A stretch of 64,000 bases of DNA from an uncultured bacterium (GCA_965368975.1 CBDUPA010000001.1:160001-224000); one strand, 5' to 3'. Positions 9,183 through 19,178 are shown, counted from the first letter of the stretch. Numbers and translations are program-made. Notes: generated from the letters alone by a model not told the origin.

Positions 9183-10880
9183 ATGCGTTTGAACACATGC
9201 CGGGTTTCCCATCTCTGTACCGTGGCCGTCGCCTTCTTGGTGCTGGCAACCTTGTTGGCAGCTACGCCGGCGCTGGCGGCTTCGAGCCTGTTCGCGCCGC
9301 AGGCCTTCACCGAGCGGTCGATGTACACCTTCGACGGCGAGGCGGCGGCTCACCAGATGTACGTGCGTCACCACCACCTGACCACCACCCAGGTCCATGC
9401 GGCCTTTGATAGTGCTCGCAGCGTCGATGTGACCGCCGAGGAACTAGTGGATGTCTACGCGCACAACGAGCTGCGCGAGCGTGTTGGCCTGGTCAAGGAT
9501 GTCGAGTTCGCCATCACTCCGGGCGAGCGTGGTGGCTTCGGCGCCACTCGCATGAGCCGCGACGGCTTCACCTGGACGGGTGTTGTACGTTCGCCGGGCG
9601 CCGTTGCCCTGCGTCTGCACTTCAGCGACGTCAGCTTGCCGGCGGGCGTCGAGCTCTACGTCTACAACAGCTTGGGTGAAGCCTGGGGGCCGTACACTGG
9701 CCAGGGGCCGCTCCAGTCGGGTGATTTCTGGGCCCAGACCGTGGTCGACGACGAAGTGTTCGTCCAACTGAGCTACAAGGGTAGCGACGTGCGTGGTGCT
9801 CTGAACGCGTCCAGCCTGCGCCTGGCGGGTGTTGGCCACTTGACCGAAAAGTTCGAGATCGCCCAGCGGCGCCGTGCCGCGCTGACCGGTGACAAGGCTT
9901 TCTGTAGCAACAACGTTTCTTGCATCGAGAACGCCAACTGCGGTGGCACCTCGTCGGCGGTCAACGATGCGCGCGATGCCGTGGCTCACATGTCCTGGAT
10001 CTCGGGCGCCTTCATCTACATTTGCAGCGGTGGTCTGCTGGCTGACACTGACAGCGGTAGCCAGATTCCCTATTTCCTGACCGCCAACCATTGCATGAGC
10101 CGCCAGCGTCATGCGGATAACCTGGAGGCCTTCTTCCAGTACGACACACCGTGCAGTGGTTCCTGCTATGACCCGGACGGTGCCGTGCCGAGTACCCTGG
10201 GCGCTACCCTACTGGCCACCAACAAGAGTTCGGACTTCACTCTTCTTCAGTTGAACCAGGCCGCTCCGGCCGGCAGCGCTTTCCTGGGCTGGACCACGGC
10301 GGCGGTTGCCAACAGCAACGGCACCAACCTCTACCGTATCAGTCATCCGAACGGTGCTCCGCAGGCCTATTCCGAGCAGGAAGTCGACACCGGTGCCGGC
10401 ACCTGCCGTGCGCTGCCGCGTGGCAACTTCATATACAGCCGCACCACCTTCGCAGGTACCGAGGGTGGTAGCTCTGGCGCTCCGGTGGTCAATGGCGCTG
10501 GCCAGGTCGTGGGTCAGCTCTATGGTTCCTGCGGTACCAACGTCAACGACGCTTGCGACCATGGTAGTAACGCCACCGTCGACGGTGCCTTCGCTGCGAC
10601 CTGGCCGAGCGTTTCGCAGTTCCTCGATCCGGGCACCAGCTGCACCGACGCTGACGGCGACGGTTCCTGCGCCGGTACCGACTGCGACGACAACGATGCG
10701 ACCAGCTTCCCGGGTGCCGCCGAACTTTGTGGTGACGGCGTCGACAACGACTGCGATGGCAGCGTCGATGAGGGTTGCGGCACGTGCTCGCTCGCTCAGG
10801 TGGGTGATCCTTGCGTCAACAACAGCGACTGCTGCTCCAACAAGTGCAAGGGCCCGTCGGGCGGTAAGACCTGTAAGTAA
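9183..10880 (+). CDS. Paralogous secreted S1 protease (tandem duplicate of 7242-8918)
   Basis: AAGGAGA RBS; long near-identical stretches to upstream copy; FLTANHC, TEGGSSGAP; same Cys-rich tail. Confidence 0.9.
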   Translation: MRLNTCRVSHLCTVAVAFLVLATLLAATPALAASSLFAPQAFTERSMYTFDGEAAAHQMYVRHHHLTTTQVHAAFDSARSVDVTAEELVDVYAHNELRERVGLVKDVEFAITPGERGGFGATRMSRDGFTWTGVVRSPGAVALRLHFSDVSLPAGVELYVYNSLGEAWGPYTGQGPLQSGDFWAQTVVDDEVFVQLSYKGSDVRGALNASSLRLAGVGHLTEKFEIAQRRRAALTGDKAFCSNNVSCIENANCGGTSSAVNDARDAVAHMSWISGAFIYICSGGLLADTDSGSQIPYFLTANHCMSRQRHADNLEAFFQYDTPCSGSCYDPDGAVPSTLGATLLATNKSSDFTLLQLNQAAPAGSAFLGWTTAAVANSNGTNLYRISHPNGAPQAYSEQEVDTGAGTCRALPRGNFIYSRTTFAGTEGGSSGAPVVNGAGQVVGQLYGSCGTNVNDACDHGSNATVDGAFAATWPSVSQFLDPGTSCTDADGDGSCAGTDCDDNDATSFPGAAELCGDGVDNDCDGSVDEGCGTCSLAQVGDPCVNNSDCCSNKCKGPSGGKTCK

Positions 10881-10928
10881 GTCTGCCGCCAGTAGTTAGA
10901 ACAGCTTCCCACCGGGAGAGCTGAACCC

Positions 10929-10960
10929 AAGGCCTCGATGGCTCGCATCGGGGCCTTTTC
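10929..10960 (+). terminator. Intrinsic terminator
   Basis: AAGGCC(T)CGATG-loop-CATCGGGCCTT stem running into TTTT. Confidence 0.65.
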
Positions 10961-10994
10961 CCTGCCTGGACGGATCTGAGCTACCATCAGCCCG

Positions 10995-11951
10995 ATGAGT
11001 GAGGAGCTGTGGATCGGTGACTGGATCATCCGGCCGGCCTCGATGGAGATCGAGCCCCGAGGTGGAGAAGGAAGAGTCGCTCGTTTGACCCCCAAGGCGA
11101 TGGTGGTTCTGAGCTGCTTGGCAGCCGACGCCGGACGCGTTGTGTCACGCGAGAAACTGATCGAGCAGGCGTGGGATGGTGCCTTCGTCTCGGATGATGC
11201 GTTGTCGACGGTGATCTACGAACTGCGTAGGGCCTTTGATGACAAGGGTAGTGATCCGCGCTACATCGAGACAATTCGCAAGGGTGGCTATCGCTTGATC
11301 GCCAGCGTGTTGCAGCATGACTCTGCTGCATCCGGTGTTCGCGATCAGGCGGCGGCCAGCCTCTCTGTGCCCAACTCGCCCCTCCGCTCCGCTCCGGCAA
11401 CCAGCTCGGCAGTTCGACATCTTGGCGCCGTCGCCTTGATCCTCACCATCACGGCGCTGGCCTTGTACCTGGCACTCGGTAGTAGATTCGCTCAACTTCC
11501 GAAGGTCGAGCCGGTAGAAGGCACCGCTGTCGAGTCGCTGGCCGTATTGCCGATCACCCTTGTCGACCTTGAAGGTCAGCAGGATCTTCTGGCCGACGCC
11601 CTGACCGAGATGTTGATCGCCGACCTGGCGCAGATCTGTCCACAAGAAGTCAGTCCTGGCCTCGCCGTCCGAGGCCAGGACTGGGATCTCGAAGCTGCTG
11701 CTCAGCATCTCGCCGTTGACGCGGTGGTCGAAGGAACCCTCGTGCGTTCCGGCGATCGCCTGTGGCTGTCGATTCAGCTGGTCGACGTGCAGACCGGTCA
11801 GATGCTCTGGGGTGGTAGCTTCGAGCGCGAGGTCACGGACCTGTCAAGCTTGCGGCAGCTGGCTCAGGACATCGCCCTGCGTGTGCAGTTGGAAGTAGCG
11901 CCGCCGATACCTGGAATCTCGGTGCCGGGTACGGAAGTCTCGGTGCCGTAG
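10995..11951 (+). CDS. CadC/OmpR-type winged-helix regulator with TM segment and TolB-N-like domain
   Basis: LTPKAMVVL..VVSREKLIEQAW..YIETIRKGGYRLIA; hydrophobic helix; SLAVLP..LADALTEMLI..LWGGSFER. Confidence 0.85.
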   Translation: MSEELWIGDWIIRPASMEIEPRGGEGRVARLTPKAMVVLSCLAADAGRVVSREKLIEQAWDGAFVSDDALSTVIYELRRAFDDKGSDPRYIETIRKGGYRLIASVLQHDSAASGVRDQAAASLSVPNSPLRSAPATSSAVRHLGAVALILTITALALYLALGSRFAQLPKVEPVEGTAVESLAVLPITLVDLEGQQDLLADALTEMLIADLAQICPQEVSPGLAVRGQDWDLEAAAQHLAVDAVVEGTLVRSGDRLWLSIQLVDVQTGQMLWGGSFEREVTDLSSLRQLAQDIALRVQLEVAPPIPGISVPGTEVSVP

Positions 11952-11962
11952 CTACAGGATTC

Positions 11963-12760
11963 TCAGCGTTCCACTGAATAGGGCAGGGATAGGTCACCGG
12001 AGAGCACTCCGTAGACCTCGTAGACGCCGAGCATCGGCTGCTGTGGGTTTGTCGACACTTCCATGTAGGCGACCACGGCATCGTAGCGGAAGTCAGTCTG
12101 GTGGTTGGCGCGTTGCGCGGGCACCAGCACACGCAAGGTGTTTCCTTGCAGCACGACCGCGAAGCCTGGAGAATCCATCAGCATCGGCATACCAGGATTG
12201 GTCGGTGGCAGTAGCTGGGCGATCTCCGTCTTACTGATCTGGCGCACCGCCAGGCCGCCGGGAGCACGCGCGTCGGCTTCCAGAACGACCCAGTGGGTAT
12301 GGTAGATAGCCCCGTCGTTGCCGTAGTCGCGGTCGTTGTCCTCATCCCACAGCGGAGTGTCGTCGAAGTCAGGGTGCGCGGTCACTGCCAGGGCCACGAT
12401 GCCACCCTCGGCCTCGCCATTCTCCACCTGGAACCCGACATCCGTGGGCCGGAGGGTTGTGGGGAAGACGTAGCCGAGCACGGGGGCGCCGTTGAGTTCG
12501 CCTCGAGCTAGAGGTACGGTAGCGCCCACGTTGCCTTTCACCTTCTGCTCGAATACCAGCAATTCCAAGTCGGGCAGGTAGCGGACTCGTGCCTCTGTCA
12601 GTTGGAGATCGGGGCCGTTCACGGGAGGTGTCTGTAGCGGTGCGGCGGCTGCGGTCTCAGGGTTATCTTCGGCGAGCAAAGCAGCACCGCTGTACAGTCC
12701 CGGCAGTAGGGACAGCCACAACAAGATGAGGATCGTGGTGAGAGTTTGAAGTCGGTACAT
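11963..12760 (-). CDS. Exported hypothetical protein with HPDFDDTP..HTHW motif (possible metal-binding)
   Basis: AGGAG RBS, signal-peptide-like N-terminus, His/Asp-rich core. Confidence 0.75.
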   Translation of the reverse strand: MYRLQTLTTILILLWLSLLPGLYSGAALLAEDNPETAAAAPLQTPPVNGPDLQLTEARVRYLPDLELLVFEQKVKGNVGATVPLARGELNGAPVLGYVFPTTLRPTDVGFQVENGEAEGGIVALAVTAHPDFDDTPLWDEDNDRDYGNDGAIYHTHWVVLEADARAPGGLAVRQISKTEIAQLLPPTNPGMPMLMDSPGFAVVLQGNTLRVLVPAQRANHQTDFRYDAVVAYMEVSTNPQQPMLGVYEVYGVLSGDLSLPYSVER

Positions 12761-12829
12761 TGATTACTACTCCTAATTAATTGAGGCATAGAGTACCTCG
12801 TGTTGTTGGTGGGATGTCAATCCCCTGGT

Positions 12830-13453
12830 TTATCTTTCAGAGTCTGAGTGATCCGGGCAGTCGAGTCGCAGGTCGCGGTCGCCGAAGGCAGCGTCGACGT
12901 AGGCGCAGTGATGCCGACGCTCAGCGTTGGGATGCGCGTTGCGGCGGAAGAAGCGGCAGGTGGTGCACATGCGCGCCGTCGAGATCTCCCCGCGCTTTAG
13001 GAGTTCACTGATGAGACGCTGTAGAACACGCATCAAAGTGGCTTGCTCGTCGACCGGAAGGTCTTCGATGACGGTGGCAAGAAAGTCCGGCCACTGGCGA
13101 GCTCGTTGTGCTTCTCGCTCTCCTCGTTGCGTCAGCAACAGACGAATGCGTCGACCATCCTGCGGGTCGGCCTGCTTGCGGAGCAACTCCTTGCTTTGCA
13201 GCGTGCTCACCGCCTCGCTGGCGGTCGAGGGGCGCACTGCCAGAGTCGCCGCCAACTCCTTCAGCGTCGAGCCGGGCTGCTGCGCCAAGTGCACAAGTGC
13301 TTGCCCCTGGGTTGGCGTCAGGTCACGCGGAAGCGCTTGCGTCCAGGCCTGTTGGCGCAGGGCGATACTGATCTTGGCCAGGCCCGCGGCCAGTCTATGG
13401 CCCGCGGGGTCCTGAGTGTCGAAGGGGTTCGGGGTCTTGGATTCGGTCTTCAT
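12830..13453 (-). CDS. MarR-family regulator with C-terminal Cys/His cluster
   Basis: LTPTQGQAL..TLKELA..DPQDGRRIRLLLT; tail CTTC..HHC..C. Confidence 0.9.
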   Translation of the reverse strand: MKTESKTPNPFDTQDPAGHRLAAGLAKISIALRQQAWTQALPRDLTPTQGQALVHLAQQPGSTLKELAATLAVRPSTASEAVSTLQSKELLRKQADPQDGRRIRLLLTQRGEREAQRARQWPDFLATVIEDLPVDEQATLMRVLQRLISELLKRGEISTARMCTTCRFFRRNAHPNAERRHHCAYVDAAFGDRDLRLDCPDHSDSER

Positions 13454-13470
13454 GTTGCTTGCTATTTTGA

Positions 13471-13512
13471 TTCGGACTCCGAAATTATCTGGAAACTCCT
13501 CCTTGCTGTCAA
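13471..13512 (-). promoter_or_regulatory. Sigma70 promoter of marR with adjacent palindromic operator
   Basis: Minus strand TTGACA(13512-13507)-N17-GATAAT(13489-13484), immediately followed by TTCGGA-G-TCCGAA palindrome (13471-13483). Confidence 0.75.
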
Positions 13513-13658
13513 GGCTCGTCCAGTCAATCCCAACTAAATCTCATGTTTCTCTGAGGTGTTCCCCAGGCAGCCGAGGAAGGCACGCAGGCAGGATCGCGCC
13601 ACAGCCGTCACGTGGCGGCGACGAACGTTGACCCCTTCGACTCCAGGAGATATCTCCC

Positions 13659-14723
13659 ATGCTCACCAGATCTGTTCCCTACCTGCGGGCTCGCCCTGCT
13701 TCGCTTCTCGTGCTCTGCCTGGCTGCCGGTCTTGCGGCAGCCTCGCTCCTGCCCACACCCAGCCATGCGGATTCGAAAGCTTCCGAACTGGTCGCCGAGG
13801 TGGCCGGTACTTCCTTGACCTATGCCGATCTTGAAACGGCCGCCGCCACGGACTTGCAGCAGCTCGACCAGCAGCGGCACAAGATTCTCGAAGGTCATCT
13901 CGATCGCCTGGTTCGCGAGAACCTGGTGCGCATCGAGGCCGAGCGGCTAGGGCAACAGCCCGAAGGCTGGTTGCAGGCACAGATCGAAGCGCGCATCGAG
14001 CCGGTCACGGACGCTGACATCGACGCCTGGTACGCCGCCAACGAGAGCCGCGTCAACCAGCCCAAGGACCGGGTCGCGCCGCAGATCCGCAGCTTCCTCA
14101 GCGGCCAGCGCGCCGAGACCGCTCGCAACGACCTGATGGCCGAGCTTCGCGACCGGCACGCCGTGCGGGTTTACTTCCAGCCGTTGCGCCTCGACGTCGC
14201 CGATGCCAAGGCGCCGACCAAGGGGCCGGAAGGCGCGCCCGTCGAGTTGGTGATCTTTTCGGACTTCCAGTGCCCCTACTGCCAGCGCATCAACCCGGTG
14301 CTCGAACAGCTGCAAGCCAGCTACGGTGACAAGCTGAGCGTCACCTTCCGCCAGTACCCGCTGCGCCAGATGCATCCGCAAGCACAGAAAGCCGCCGAGG
14401 CGTCCCTGTGCGCGGCTGAGCAGGACAAGTTCTGGCCCATGCACGACGCGATCTTCGGCAAGGCGGACGACCTGAGCCTGCCGACGCTCAAAGCCCATGC
14501 CGCCGAGTTGGGTCTCGACAGCGCCCGCTTCGATGCTTGCCTCGATTCCGGTGCCATGGTCGAGCGTGTGCAGCGCGACTTCGACGCGGGCCAGCGGGCG
14601 GGTGTTCCCGGCACGCCGGCGATGTACGTCAACGGTCGCGCCGCCGAACTGGTGCGCGGCACGCCGCCGGAAGAGATCCTCGGCAAGCTGATCGACGACG
14701 AGCTTGCGCGCACGGGGAACTGA
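13659..14723 (+). CDS. Exported DsbA-family thioredoxin-fold protein with helical N-terminal domain
   Basis: FSDFQCPYC, GVPGTP cis-Pro loop, signal peptide, AGGAGA RBS. Confidence 0.92.
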   Translation: MLTRSVPYLRARPASLLVLCLAAGLAAASLLPTPSHADSKASELVAEVAGTSLTYADLETAAATDLQQLDQQRHKILEGHLDRLVRENLVRIEAERLGQQPEGWLQAQIEARIEPVTDADIDAWYAANESRVNQPKDRVAPQIRSFLSGQRAETARNDLMAELRDRHAVRVYFQPLRLDVADAKAPTKGPEGAPVELVIFSDFQCPYCQRINPVLEQLQASYGDKLSVTFRQYPLRQMHPQAQKAAEASLCAAEQDKFWPMHDAIFGKADDLSLPTLKAHAAELGLDSARFDACLDSGAMVERVQRDFDAGQRAGVPGTPAMYVNGRAAELVRGTPPEEILGKLIDDELARTGN

Positions 14724-15030
14724 ACCCCCGACGGGAATTGTCGGATCTCGAGAGTGGCCGGTTGGAACCCGGCCGCTCTCCGTCTGCGTTGTCGAGCAGG
14801 TGCCCGCGTCAACGGATCGTGGAAATGCGGAGCCTGTGAAGTTTCTTCTCCAGCAGCTTCCTCTGGTGCGGTGCGACTGCAGTGTTCAGGGCGCGCATGC
14901 CGGAGGAAGTGCTCGACCAACTGGGGTGGTTCGGCCGCTGCCCCTGCTTCCTTGTTCCTGGTTCGCCAGAAGCCAACCAGCGTCAGTCCATCGAACGGTG
15001 TCGAGACGATGGCAGAGTATGATGCGCCCC

Positions 15031-15951
15031 ATGTGGCCCGCCGATCCAAGCCTACGCCAACGAGCTCTCGACCTCTACGGCGCCGTTTGGCCGCACGTGC
15101 CGCCGGGCATCCGCCTGGCCGCGGGCTGGGGTGGGGATTGGTTCGAGGTCTCGACGCCGTTGCTGGTACGCGGGCGGGATCGGATCCTGGCGCACGCGGG
15201 ACTGATAGCCTGTGATCTTGCTTTCCGCGGACAGCCGGTACGGGTTGCGGCCCTGCACGGAGTTTGCGTTCACCCTGACCATCGTGGCCACGGGCTGGCG
15301 CGGCGTGTACTAGAGGAAGCTCTGACGCATGCCGAGCAAGCGGGTTTCGAGACGGTGATCCTGTGGTCGGAGAAGCTCGATCTCTATCGCCGCTTCGGCT
15401 TCGAGCCGGTACCGGAATGCAGGTTCGTCGGCGCGCTGCCGGAGGACTGGACGGAGAGGTTGCCCGAGATCGAGGCCGAGGTGCTGGAGGTGACACCCAG
15501 CGCTGGAAGGCGGGTGGACCTACTGCGGCGACTCTTGCGTCAGCGCATGCCGGTCTCCGAAGGTCTGGCAGCGGCGGATCGCGGCTGGCATTTCTGGATC
15601 GACCTCGGGCTCTGGAAGGCGGCGGCGGATGTCACAGTGGTCTATGTGCCGGCCGTCGATTCAGTGGTGGTGTGTGAGCTGGCGCCGGATGTGCTGCGTC
15701 TGTACGACGTGATCACGGCGTCGATGCCAAGCGCTGAAGTGCTCCTTGCAGGAGCCCTGAGGGCCCTGGCAGGTGTCGATGGCTCGCAGGCGGCTGTGCC
15801 GGAGCGGCTGGAGATCTTCTTCACGCCGGACCGCCTGGGCCTCGACCTGAAACCCGCGCTGCACTCGTGGGAGGACATGCTGATGGTTCGCGGTAGGCCG
15901 CTGCCCGGAACCTCGGCGGCCTTCGCGCTGTCACCGCTGACCCGGACCTGA
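15031..15951 (+). CDS. GNAT-family N-acetyltransferase
   Basis: GVCVHPDHRGHGLA..LYRRFGF; start moved to the ATG 7 nt after TATGAT. Confidence 0.85.
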   Translation: MWPADPSLRQRALDLYGAVWPHVPPGIRLAAGWGGDWFEVSTPLLVRGRDRILAHAGLIACDLAFRGQPVRVAALHGVCVHPDHRGHGLARRVLEEALTHAEQAGFETVILWSEKLDLYRRFGFEPVPECRFVGALPEDWTERLPEIEAEVLEVTPSAGRRVDLLRRLLRQRMPVSEGLAAADRGWHFWIDLGLWKAAADVTVVYVPAVDSVVVCELAPDVLRLYDVITASMPSAEVLLAGALRALAGVDGSQAAVPERLEIFFTPDRLGLDLKPALHSWEDMLMVRGRPLPGTSAAFALSPLTRT

Positions 15952-16006
15952 GGTGCACACTCGTACGTCTACCGCATCACCTCCTGGCCGTGAGGAGGCG
16001 AGAGCC

Positions 16007-18523
16007 TCAGGCCTCCGGAAACGCAGCTACCTCGACCAGGCGGCCCGCCGCCGCCGGATCTTCGAACAGGTAGTAGGGCACCCAGGCGACGCCGAAGAGG
16101 GTGACGTGGATGTCCTTCTTGTACGGTGTCACCGGCAGCGAGGAGACGTCCTGGGCAATGTCCTGCCAGCGCTGCTGCACCTCTTGCAGGGCGTCCTCGG
16201 CTTCCTGCCGCAGCTCGTCGAGCTGCCGCTCATAGTCGGCGATCGCCTGCACGCTCTCTTCGACGTCCGCTGCCGCCTTCGAGGTCATGCGGTGCTTGGT
16301 CATCGAGGTGGAAAGGCGCGCGCGCTTCTTGGTGAACAGGCTGAGCAGATTGCCGGCGTGCGTCATCCAGCCCTCCTGCCGTCGCTGCGCCAGCTCCGCC
16401 TCGTCCTCGGCCAGTTCGCGCTGTTCGCGCGCCAATTTCTGCTCGACGCGGTCCATCTTGCGCTCGAAGCTGTCTGCCACCTTCTGCCCCTCGGCGCGGA
16501 TCTCTTCCTCCGCCGCCTGCCGGCAGCGTTCCAAGAAGTCGGTTTCTGCGACGTCCGGGCCGGCGTAGAGCTTGAGTTCCTCGTTGGCGCGCACCTGGAC
16601 CTCGCCGGTGCGATAGACCCAGTCCTCGAAGTCGTCCTCGACGGCGCGCAGGATTCTGTCGTCGCTCAGCGGGGCTTCCAGGCTCTCGAAGCGCGCCTCC
16701 GGCAAGGCTTGACGCGGTAGATCGCCGGAGTTCAGGCTCACGTCCGGGTGGTCGTCCCAGCGGATCTGACCCCGCCGGTCCGGCTCGGCCAGCAGCCGCG
16801 TGCGGATCACCGATGTGTCGAGGTTGTACTTGCTGCGCCGGTACTGGACCTCCGCCTGGGCCACCAGCGCCGGTCGGTAGAGCAGGCCGACGCGGCGAGC
16901 GCTTTCGGGCACGCGCCGATCCCCGGCCGCGGCTTCGGCGTCGCTCAGCGTCGCGGGCAGGAAGTACTCGGCGATCCGCGTTGGCAGTGCCGGCTTGGTG
17001 GTCGTGCCGGGCAGGTCGTCGCGCTCGTCTCGGGTCGCGGGTGTCGATGCAGGACGTGCCGTTGTTGAGGTTGGCGCTGCGGAGGACGGGGCCACCGCGG
17101 CCCTGCCGGCGGCGGCCCCAGCGCCCGCCAACTCGTTCAGCGCCGGAATCTGATTGCGCGTCATCGGTCCCGCGAGGTAGCTCTGTGCCCAGCGCGTCTG
17201 GAACAGTCGCGGCTCCCGGTCGTGGACGTTGCGCAGCAGGAAGACGCGCTTGCCGAGCGCCGAAATCAGGTCGTCGTACTGGCGCCGGTCCAGGCCCGCG
17301 CCACCCGCGCTGCTCAGGCCTTCGAGCAGGCGGTCCTTGTCCTGCTCGGTCGCCAGCTTGCCGATCATCCAGGTGCCGGCGTTCGACAGTGCCTTGTAGT
17401 CGACGTCCACCGGATTCTGCGTCGCCAGCACCATGCCGACCCCGAAGGCACGTGCCTGCTTGAGCAGCCGCAGCATCGGCTCCTTCGACGGCGGATTGCC
17501 CACCGGCGGCAGGTAGCCGAAGATCTCGTCGAAGTAGACCAGAGCGCGCAGCGACGACGTACCGCTCTGCGTGCGCATCCACGCCTCCACCGCCGAGTAG
17601 AGCAGCGTGACGAAGAACATGCGCTCGCGGTCGGAGAGGTGGGCGAGATAGAAGATGCTGTGCTTCGGCCGTCCGTCGACGCCGACCAGCAACCGCCCGA
17701 CGTCGAGCGGCTCGCCCTCGATCCAGCTCTGGAACGCTGGCGCCGCCAAGATGTTGTTGAGCTGCATCGCTAGCTGGAAGCGGTCCTTCTGTGGAAAGAA
17801 GGTCTCGACGTCAAAGAAGCCCAGCTTCTCGAACGGCGGTGCCTGCACCTGCATCAGCAGTCCACCGAGGTCGAGATCCTGCCCGCTGCTCCAGGCATGC
17901 TCGAAGACGTTGGCCAGCAGGATGTGCTCGCGTGAACGCAGCGGATCGATGTTCTTGAGACCGATTAGGCCGAGCAGCGCCGTCACCGTGCCGGAGATCT
18001 TCTCGCGCAGCAGCTCCCTGTTCTCCTCCCAGGGGATGTCCGGGGCCTCTAGCGAGGCCAGGATGCTCACCGGCAGCCCAGCGTCGGAGCCCGGCGTGTA
18101 GATGGCGAAGCCGGTACGCTCCTTGAGCGCCCGGATGCGTTCCGGCCCGATACCCCAGCTTTCCAGGCCGTTCTTCCACAACGTCGCCGTCGCCTCTGCC
18201 GCCTCCGTCGCCGACTTGCCCTCGCGCTCGGCCTCGCGCGCGTCCACCCACGGCTCGAAGTCGTCGGGACGCAGTTCGGGGAACTGCAGCAGCAGGTTGG
18301 TGATGTCGCCCTTGGGGTCGAGCATCAAGGCGGGGATGCCCTTCAGCGCCGCTTCCTCGAGCAGGTCGAGGCACAGACCCGTCTTGCCCGAGCCCGTCAT
18401 GCCGACCACCACCGCATGGGTGGTGAGGTCGTCCGGGTCGTAGTGCAGTGGCTCGTCCGTGGTCTCGGCGCTTGTGGGGTCGACCAGGCGGCCGAGGTAG
18501 AAGTCTTTTTCGCTGTGGGACAT
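16007..18523 (-). CDS. HerA/FtsK-superfamily ATPase (DUF87-like) with C-terminal coiled coil
   Basis: Walker A GMTGSGKT, Walker B VYFDE, ARAFGVGMVLATQNP; start MSHSEKDFYLG. Confidence 0.88.
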   Translation of the reverse strand: MSHSEKDFYLGRLVDPTSAETTDEPLHYDPDDLTTHAVVVGMTGSGKTGLCLDLLEEAALKGIPALMLDPKGDITNLLLQFPELRPDDFEPWVDAREAEREGKSATEAAEATATLWKNGLESWGIGPERIRALKERTGFAIYTPGSDAGLPVSILASLEAPDIPWEENRELLREKISGTVTALLGLIGLKNIDPLRSREHILLANVFEHAWSSGQDLDLGGLLMQVQAPPFEKLGFFDVETFFPQKDRFQLAMQLNNILAAPAFQSWIEGEPLDVGRLLVGVDGRPKHSIFYLAHLSDRERMFFVTLLYSAVEAWMRTQSGTSSLRALVYFDEIFGYLPPVGNPPSKEPMLRLLKQARAFGVGMVLATQNPVDVDYKALSNAGTWMIGKLATEQDKDRLLEGLSSAGGAGLDRRQYDDLISALGKRVFLLRNVHDREPRLFQTRWAQSYLAGPMTRNQIPALNELAGAGAAAGRAAVAPSSAAPTSTTARPASTPATRDERDDLPGTTTKPALPTRIAEYFLPATLSDAEAAAGDRRVPESARRVGLLYRPALVAQAEVQYRRSKYNLDTSVIRTRLLAEPDRRGQIRWDDHPDVSLNSGDLPRQALPEARFESLEAPLSDDRILRAVEDDFEDWVYRTGEVQVRANEELKLYAGPDVAETDFLERCRQAAEEEIRAEGQKVADSFERKMDRVEQKLAREQRELAEDEAELAQRRQEGWMTHAGNLLSLFTKKRARLSTSMTKHRMTSKAAADVEESVQAIADYERQLDELRQEAEDALQEVQQRWQDIAQDVSSLPVTPYKKDIHVTLFGVAWVPYYLFEDPAAAGRLVEVAAFPEA

Positions 18524-18617
18524 GGTGGTGATCAATCTCCGAAGATGGTGCGTCCGAGAAGGCCAAGTCTGAAGAAGTATAGGACAGCCCACGTCGTAGG
18601 ACGGTAGAATCGGCGCC

Positions 18618-19178
18618 ATGGAACCTTTCAAGCTCGTTCGTTTGCTCATAGTCCTTGCATTCGTAGCCTTGATGGCGCTGCTTCCCGGCTGGACACTCGT
18701 GTCCGCAGAGGTCCCTTCTGCTCGAGAGGCGCCCTCGCAGGAGGCTGGAGAAGACCTGGTCGTCTTCCTGGTCCGCCACGCCGAGAAGGTCGACGACGGT
18801 CGAGACCCGGAACTCTCCGCCGAGGGCCAGCAGCGCGCCGGTACCCTCGTCACCACCCTGCGTGACGCCGGCATCGAGCACTTGCACAGCAGCGACTACC
18901 TCCGCACTCGCGACACGGCGGCACCGATCGCCGCGAAGCTGGATCTCGACATCGAGATCTACGACGCGCGCGAGCTGCCGAAGCTCGTCGAGATGCTGCG
19001 CGCGGCCGGTGGCCGGCACCTGGTGGTGGGGCACAGCAACACGACGCCGGAGGTCGTGGCCCTGCTGGGGGGTGAGCCGGGCACGGCGATCGACGAGCCC
19101 TCGGAGTACGACCGGCTCTATATCGTGACCGTGGCGGACGGTAGGGTGAGCACGGTCCTGCTGCGCTATGGTTCGTGA
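18618..19178 (+). CDS. Exported histidine phosphatase (SixA/phosphoglycerate mutase family)
   Basis: LVRHAEK, RTRDTA, VVGHSNT; signal peptide. Confidence 0.9.
   Translation: MEPFKLVRLLIVLAFVALMALLPGWTLVSAEVPSAREAPSQEAGEDLVVFLVRHAEKVDDGRDPELSAEGQQRAGTLVTTLRDAGIEHLHSSDYLRTRDTAAPIAAKLDLDIEIYDARELPKLVEMLRAAGGRHLVVGHSNTTPEVVALLGGEPGTAIDEPSEYDRLYIVTVADGRVSTVLLRYGS

Noticed and set aside
14750-15010. Hairpin (14750-14780) and a short minus-strand ORF (~29 aa) in the dsbA-GNAT gap
   Set aside because: Hairpin lacks a U-tract; the ORF has no RBS or motif.
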